Source: Candidatus Omnitrophota bacterium (GTDB lineage Bacteria; Omnitrophota; Gorgyraeia; DTHP01). From it: DNA of 35,736 nt. How positions within the stretch are numbered: position 1 is the first letter of the stretch; each line of letters starts with the position of its first letter. Made by a program: the position numbers and the translations under genes. The stretch covers positions 1-35,736 of the forward strand of contig JBBIPY010000003.1 of the NCBI GenBank assembly GCA_037442605.1. The letters are read 5' to 3'. Below the pieces are notes generated by a model, which searched no databases, was not told the origin of the DNA, and saw nothing but the letters and a program-made list of their open reading frames with translations. Of this stretch, positions 32,006 through 35,736 are shown piece after piece.

Positions 32006-33307
32006 ATGTGCGTCCTGTATGATCTAATCTTTGCTTTGTTTTCTCTGTTTTATCTTCCATATTCTATCCTGAAGCGGAAGTATCACAAAGAATTTCTGCA
32101 ACGCCTGGGAATCTTGCCGCAAATTATTTCTCAGAAATTAAAAAATAAAAGAATTATCTGGATGCATGCGGTGAGCGTGGGAGAGGTAAATGCAGCCTTG
32201 CCTTTATGGAAAGCCATACGTGAGAGATTTCCGCAATGTAGAGTTGTTTTCTCCACGATTACTAAAACGGGAAATAATCTGGCTCAGAAATTTGCCCGGT
32301 CGGATGAATTAGTCGTATATTTCCCCCTTGATTTCAGTCTCGTCGTTCGCAAGGTAATAAAAGTTATCCAGCCGCACCTTGTGATTATCTTGGAGACCGA
32401 ACTCTGGCCCAATTTTATTGCTCGATGCAAAAAATCTGTGGTTCCGGTGATTTTAGTAAATGCCAGGATATCCGATAGTTCATACAAACGTTATAAATTA
32501 GCAAGGCCGTTCTTAAAACCTGTTTTGGGAAAAATAGATCTGATCCTGGCACAGTCAGAGAAAGGCGCAGCAAGGTTAATTAGTTTAGGGGTTCAAGAAG
32601 AAAAGGTAAAAGTTACGGGGAATATGAAGTTTGATAATATTGATTACAGTGATAAAAACGTTGATTACAGTGATAGACTTAGGTTATTGTTAGGCCTTGG
32701 TAAGCAGGATAAGTTATTAGTGGCGGGAAGTACGCACAGGGGGGAAGAGGAGATTATTTTAGCGGTCTATAAAGAATTATTAGCACAATTCTCGAATTTA
32801 AGGCTACTGATTGCCCCCCGTCATCCCGAGAGAACTCCCGAGATAGAAAAAATAATAGTCCAGAGTAATTTTATACCCGCAAGAATTACCTCTTTAGAGC
32901 ACCAGGCACCAGGCACCAGGCACCAGGCACCAGTTTTTATTCTTGACACCATCGGTCAACTCCGTGATTTTTATGCAATTGCCGATATTGTTTTTGTGGG
33001 CGGAAGTCTTATTAAAAGAGGGGGCCATAACATCATTGAGCCGGCAATATTTTCCAAACCCGTTATCTCGGGAAAATATTTCTTTAATTTTTCTGATATC
33101 TTCAGATTATTTATAGATAACCAGGCAATTATCATCTCTCAGGATGGAGGGGGGCTAAAAAGAATGATTCGGGATTTGTTAAATAATCCTGAGAAAGCAG
33201 ACAGGTTAGGGGAGAGAGCGAAGGAGGTGGTTCTGAGACAGCGGGGAGCAAGCCGGAAAAATTTAGAGTGTATTTATGAATATCTTGACAAAAATTCCTT
33301 TTTCTGA
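32006..33307 (+). CDS. waaA: 3-deoxy-D-manno-octulosonic acid (Kdo) transferase
   Basis: N-terminal membrane anchor LYDLIFALFSLFYLPY, motif WMHAVSVGEV, C-terminal GT-B half (FVGGSLIKRGGHNIIEPA). Confidence 0.85.
   Translation: MCVLYDLIFALFSLFYLPYSILKRKYHKEFLQRLGILPQIISQKLKNKRIIWMHAVSVGEVNAALPLWKAIRERFPQCRVVFSTITKTGNNLAQKFARSDELVVYFPLDFSLVVRKVIKVIQPHLVIILETELWPNFIARCKKSVVPVILVNARISDSSYKRYKLARPFLKPVLGKIDLILAQSEKGAARLISLGVQEEKVKVTGNMKFDNIDYSDKNVDYSDRLRLLLGLGKQDKLLVAGSTHRGEEEIILAVYKELLAQFSNLRLLIAPRHPERTPEIEKIIVQSNFIPARITSLEHQAPGTRHQAPVFILDTIGQLRDFYAIADIVFVGGSLIKRGGHNIIEPAIFSKPVISGKYFFNFSDIFRLFIDNQAIIISQDGGGLKRMIRDLLNNPEKADRLGERAKEVVLRQRGASRKNLECIYEYLDKNSFF
32899..32933 (+). repeat. Heptanucleotide tandem repeat inside waaA (GCACCAG x5)
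   Basis: gcaccag x5, encoding EHQAPGTRHQAPV just before the conserved FILDTIGQL segment. Confidence 0.85.
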
Positions 33308-33381
33308 TAGTATAAATGAGGACATAAGTTATGGAGCTTTCTATTAGGATGGTGGCGACATAACTTATCTGTCCGAATTTA

Positions 33382-33514
33382 CCCCCACACCAATTGCAAT
33401 AGAACGCCGTTATTACGCAGTTGGTGTGGGGGTTCAATTCGCAGACCCCTTGACATCAAAGATGTCAAGGGTATGATTTATGTCGTCCGCCTTCGGCGGA
33501 CTTCCATAAATCAT
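33382..33514 (+). other. Three consecutive strong hairpins in the waaA-thi4 spacer (thi4 leader)
   Basis: CCCCCACACCAATTGC...GCAGTTGGTGTGGGGG (33382-33432). CCCTTGACATC-aaa-GATGTCAAGGG (33447-33471). ATGATTTATG[GTCCGCcTTCGgGCGGAC]CATAAATCAT (33473-33514) with a cUUCGg loop. The RBS AAGGAGG follows 9 nt later. Confidence 0.7.
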
Positions 33515-33537
33515 CTGCTCATTTAAGGAGGTAAGCA

Positions 33538-34365
33538 ATGGTTAAATTTGAGAAGGTTTCGGAGGACAGGATTACCAAGGCGATTGTCAAGGATTTCTCG
33601 GACGAGTTTATTAAAAACTTAAGTCCGGATGTTTTAATCGCCGGCGGCGGCCCCTCGGGTCTTATGGCAGGAAAAAAATTATCTGAGGCAGGGGCGAGGG
33701 TGTTGATTGTGGAATCCAATAACTATTTGGGAGGGGGCTTCTGGATTGGCGGGTATCTGATGAATACCCTGACGGTGCGCTCACCGGCGGAGAGATTGCT
33801 GGAGGAATTAGGAATTCCCTATAAAGAAGTGGAGAAGGGTTTATTTACTGCCCTGGCTCCCCATGCCTGCGCAAAATTGATTGCCTCTGCCTGCGATGCG
33901 GGAGTAAAAATTCTCAATATGACTAAAGTAGACGATGCGGTGGTTAAACAGGGCAACCGTGTGGCCGGGCTGGTGATAAACTGGACCGCAGTTTCGGCGT
34001 TGCCCCGGCAGATAACCTGTGTTGACCCCGTAGCCCTTGAGGCGAGGGTAGTCATTGACGCCACCGGTCACGATGCCGTGGTTTGCGAGGCCCTGAATAA
34101 GCGCGGGCTGTTGAAGATTAAAGGTATGGGACCGATGTGGGTGGAGGCATCCGAAGATCTGGTAGTTGAGAAGACCGGAGAGGTTCATCCCGGATTAATT
34201 GCCTGCGGTATGGCAGTGGCAACTGTTTACGGTCTGCCGCGTATGGGTCCTACATTCGGAGCAATGCTGTATTCAGGGATTAAAGCGGCAGAAGAGGCAA
34301 AGAGGTTATTGTTTTTGGAGCAGATAAAAAACGGTGCATTTGTAAAAGAGAAAGCCGTGGTGTAG
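33538..34365 (+). CDS. thi4: Thi4-type thiazole synthase
   Basis: Dinucleotide-binding motif IAGGGPSGLMAG, NWTAV...ITCVDP, DATGHDA, GLPRMGPTFGAMLYSG. Strong RBS. Confidence 0.85.
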   Translation: MVKFEKVSEDRITKAIVKDFSDEFIKNLSPDVLIAGGGPSGLMAGKKLSEAGARVLIVESNNYLGGGFWIGGYLMNTLTVRSPAERLLEELGIPYKEVEKGLFTALAPHACAKLIASACDAGVKILNMTKVDDAVVKQGNRVAGLVINWTAVSALPRQITCVDPVALEARVVIDATGHDAVVCEALNKRGLLKIKGMGPMWVEASEDLVVEKTGEVHPGLIACGMAVATVYGLPRMGPTFGAMLYSGIKAAEEAKRLLFLEQIKNGAFVKEKAVV

Positions 34366-34391
34366 TTTCGCCTTCCTAAATTAAGTGACTA

Positions 34392-34440
34392 CCCCTCCTC
34401 CTAAGATGATTCTTCTCCTGGGAGGAGGGGTTTCTTTTTT
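34392..34440 (+). terminator. Rho-independent terminator after thi4
   Basis: CCCCTCCTCC-(19 nt)-GGAGGAGGGGtTTcTTTTTT. Confidence 0.75.
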
Positions 34441-34450
34441 CAAAAATCCC

Positions 34451-34478
34451 TTGCCTAAAACTTCTTTTATGCTATAAT
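34451..34478 (+). promoter_or_regulatory. Sigma70 promoter, copy 1 of a reused promoter block
   Basis: caaaaatcccTTGCCT, 16-nt spacer, TGcTATAAT (TATAAT 34473-34478). Confidence 0.6.
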
Positions 34479-34551
34479 CTTCTGCAATGATTCTCCAGAG
34501 TAAATAATCTATCGGCGAGACCATTTTTTAGAAATCTGCGCAGTCTAAACC

Positions 34552-34890
34552 ATGGAGATAATTACCAAAATACTGGAACTGGATAGGCTTAAAAAGATGG
34601 CTGCCGACACATTTGGTAATGTAGTTAAGGCAGTTGTAGATATTGATAGAGAGATTGTTGCCGTTGATGCCGAACTGCATTCTGATTTAGAAGCGCTTCT
34701 CCTGGATAATGGTTCGAAACAGAAGAACCTCTGGGGTATTAATTTCTATCCGGATATTAAAGGAGAAGGGTTTATTGAATTCGATTCCGTAATAAATGTA
34801 CGACCCTCACAGAGTAACAGAAGCCGTGACGTGGAAGATAAAGAAATACGCAAGAAGATTATCGAAATCGTTGCTAAAAGGATTAGATGA
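34552..34890 (+). CDS. Small conserved-looking hypothetical protein (resembles a DUF family, from memory only)
   Basis: 112 aa with segments FGNVVKAVVDIDREIVAVDAELHSDLEALLL...NLWGINFYP...IEFDSVINVRPSQSNRSRDVED. The stop overlaps the next start (ATGA). Confidence 0.55.
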   Translation: MEIITKILELDRLKKMAADTFGNVVKAVVDIDREIVAVDAELHSDLEALLLDNGSKQKNLWGINFYPDIKGEGFIEFDSVINVRPSQSNRSRDVEDKEIRKKIIEIVAKRIR

Positions 34891-35222
34891 GTAGTTACCA
34901 GCATAAAAATCTTGCCGCGGGAAACTGGAGCAAATTATCATTTGTTGAACAGATGGCAAATATTGGGAGCGAAGTTGAGCGTGCGCTAAGCTGGAAGGCA
35001 AAGAATAATGCCGACTATTGTAAACAGGCTTTCGAGCGTTCTCTGGAGTTAATAGACCTTACGCTGGACAGCGTTAAAGGTTTTTCCCGCCTTAAAGAAC
35101 TCGCCCGTTTACGCGAGGCGATTGCGGAATATTTTCTAGGGACAAACCAGTTTATGTACACAGATGCGTCTTTGAGAAAATATTTCGCAAATTTTATTTA
35201 CGCCTCCCGCAGAAACTGTTAG
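34887..35222 (+). CDS. Small all-helical hypothetical protein, translationally coupled to the preceding ORF
   Basis: 111 aa. 4-nt ATGA overlap. No recognisable motif. Confidence 0.5.
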   Translation: MSSYQHKNLAAGNWSKLSFVEQMANIGSEVERALSWKAKNNADYCKQAFERSLELIDLTLDSVKGFSRLKELARLREAIAEYFLGTNQFMYTDASLRKYFANFIYASRRNC

Positions 35223-35236
35223 CATTCTAAGTGAGA

Positions 35237-35259
35237 TTGCCAACCTGCGAGGTTGGCAA
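35237..35259 (+). terminator. Hairpin after the two-gene unit (no clear U-tract)
   Basis: TTGCCAACCTgcgAGGTTGGCAA. Confidence 0.45.
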
Positions 35260-35319
35260 GTGGTTGAGTAATATAAATTTTTTCATTGCGCAATCTTTGA
35301 ATTGTCTATCAAAAATCCC

Positions 35320-35347
35320 TTGCCTAATCCTGTCTTTATGCTATAAT
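35320..35347 (+). promoter_or_regulatory. Sigma70 promoter, copy 2 of the reused block, driving tRNA-Phe
   Basis: caaaaatcccTTGCCT, 16-nt spacer, TGcTATAAT (TATAAT 35342-35347), 44 nt before the tRNA. Confidence 0.6.
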
Positions 35348-35390
35348 CTTTCTCACTATTGGCTATAAGTTATTTGCCATTAGCCAACAT

Positions 35391-35463
35391 GCCGAGGTAG
35401 CTCAGATGGTAGAGCGGCGGACTGAAAATCCGCGCGTAGGCGGATCGATACCGCCCCTCGGCA
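35391..35463 (+). tRNA. tRNA-Phe (anticodon GAA), no encoded CCA
   Basis: Cloverleaf folded by hand. Acceptor GCCGAGG/CCTCGGC, D-stem GCTC/GAGC, anticodon stem GCGGA/TCCGC with loop CTGAAAA, T-stem GGCGG/CCGCC. Confidence 0.85.
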
Positions 35464-35612
35464 TTTATTATCGCTTGAAGGCGGTATCGGAAAAAGAGGG
35501 TTTCAGGGAGAAAAAGATTTTTTCTCCCTGAGGAGATAGATCTTACTGCGGAAGGAAGGAAAATATTAAAAGGAAACCATCAGGGTTTCCTTTTAAGGAG
35601 GCCGCAGGCCGA

Positions 35613-35635
35613 CGATACCGCCCCTCGGCATTTAT
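35613..35635 (+). repeat. Second copy of the tRNA-Phe 3' end (23-nt direct repeat of 35446-35468)
   Basis: CGATACCGCCCCTCGGCATTTAT occurs at 35446-35468 and 35613-35635. Weaker similarity extends about 8 nt further 5'. Confidence 0.8.
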
Positions 35636-35736
35636 GTTTTTTAGGGGGTTTTCGCAACCCCACTCGCTAAATTCTCACATCTTTGAATTGATTTCATCCT
35701 ATCCCACACATCCAGTCGTAATTATTTTTAGCCCAG

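Noticed and set aside
33308-33537. TPP riboswitch upstream of thi4
   Set aside because: One was expected from context, but the conserved THI-box core sequences were not found by eye. It is reported instead as an unexplained hairpin-rich leader. An Infernal scan is needed for a definitive answer.

Overview
This window looks like a chromosomal segment of an uncultivated diderm bacterium, since it carries both a secretin and a Kdo transferase. Phylum cannot be assigned from sequence alone. Layout, left to right:

- **1-3.4 kb:** two secreted or surface proteins.
- **3.4-7.4 kb:** two histidine kinases, each followed by a receiver-only response regulator.
- **7.5-19.8 kb, minus strand:** a 13-gene type IV pilus / type II secretion-like operon. 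Gene order is exeA/gspA-like ATPase, gspB-like, four minor pseudopilins, pilB, pilC, pilin, a pilM-pilN fusion, pilO-like, a second GspB-domain protein, and the secretin.
- **19.8-21.3 kb:** a repeat-rich adhesin-like ORF with no usable start codon.
- **21.3-22.8 kb:** two toxin-antitoxin cassettes. Both toxins are broken (doc by a frameshift, a relE/parE-like gene by an in-frame TAG).
- **22.9-27.7 kb:** envelope and housekeeping genes (SurA-N-like lipoprotein, HAMP protein, HExxH protein, suhB-like). Next comes a small coiled-coil gene bracketed by two identical 98-nt palindromic elements, then an exported protein with a nucleotidyltransferase-like motif.
- **27.8-34.4 kb:** a conserved dprA-topA-xerC-waaA block followed by thi4.
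- **34.5-35.7 kb:** two small overlapping ORFs and tRNA-Phe, whose 3' end is duplicated 167 nt downstream.

The non-coding DNA is unusually structured:
- a C-rich/G-rich REP-like hairpin family (5 copies);
- heptanucleotide tandem repeats, two of them inside topA and waaA;
- long intergenic hairpins built from short repeats;
- reused terminator and promoter blocks.

No CRISPR array, rRNA, transposase or phage genes were seen. All calls come from reading the sequence and ORF track by eye. No database search was run.
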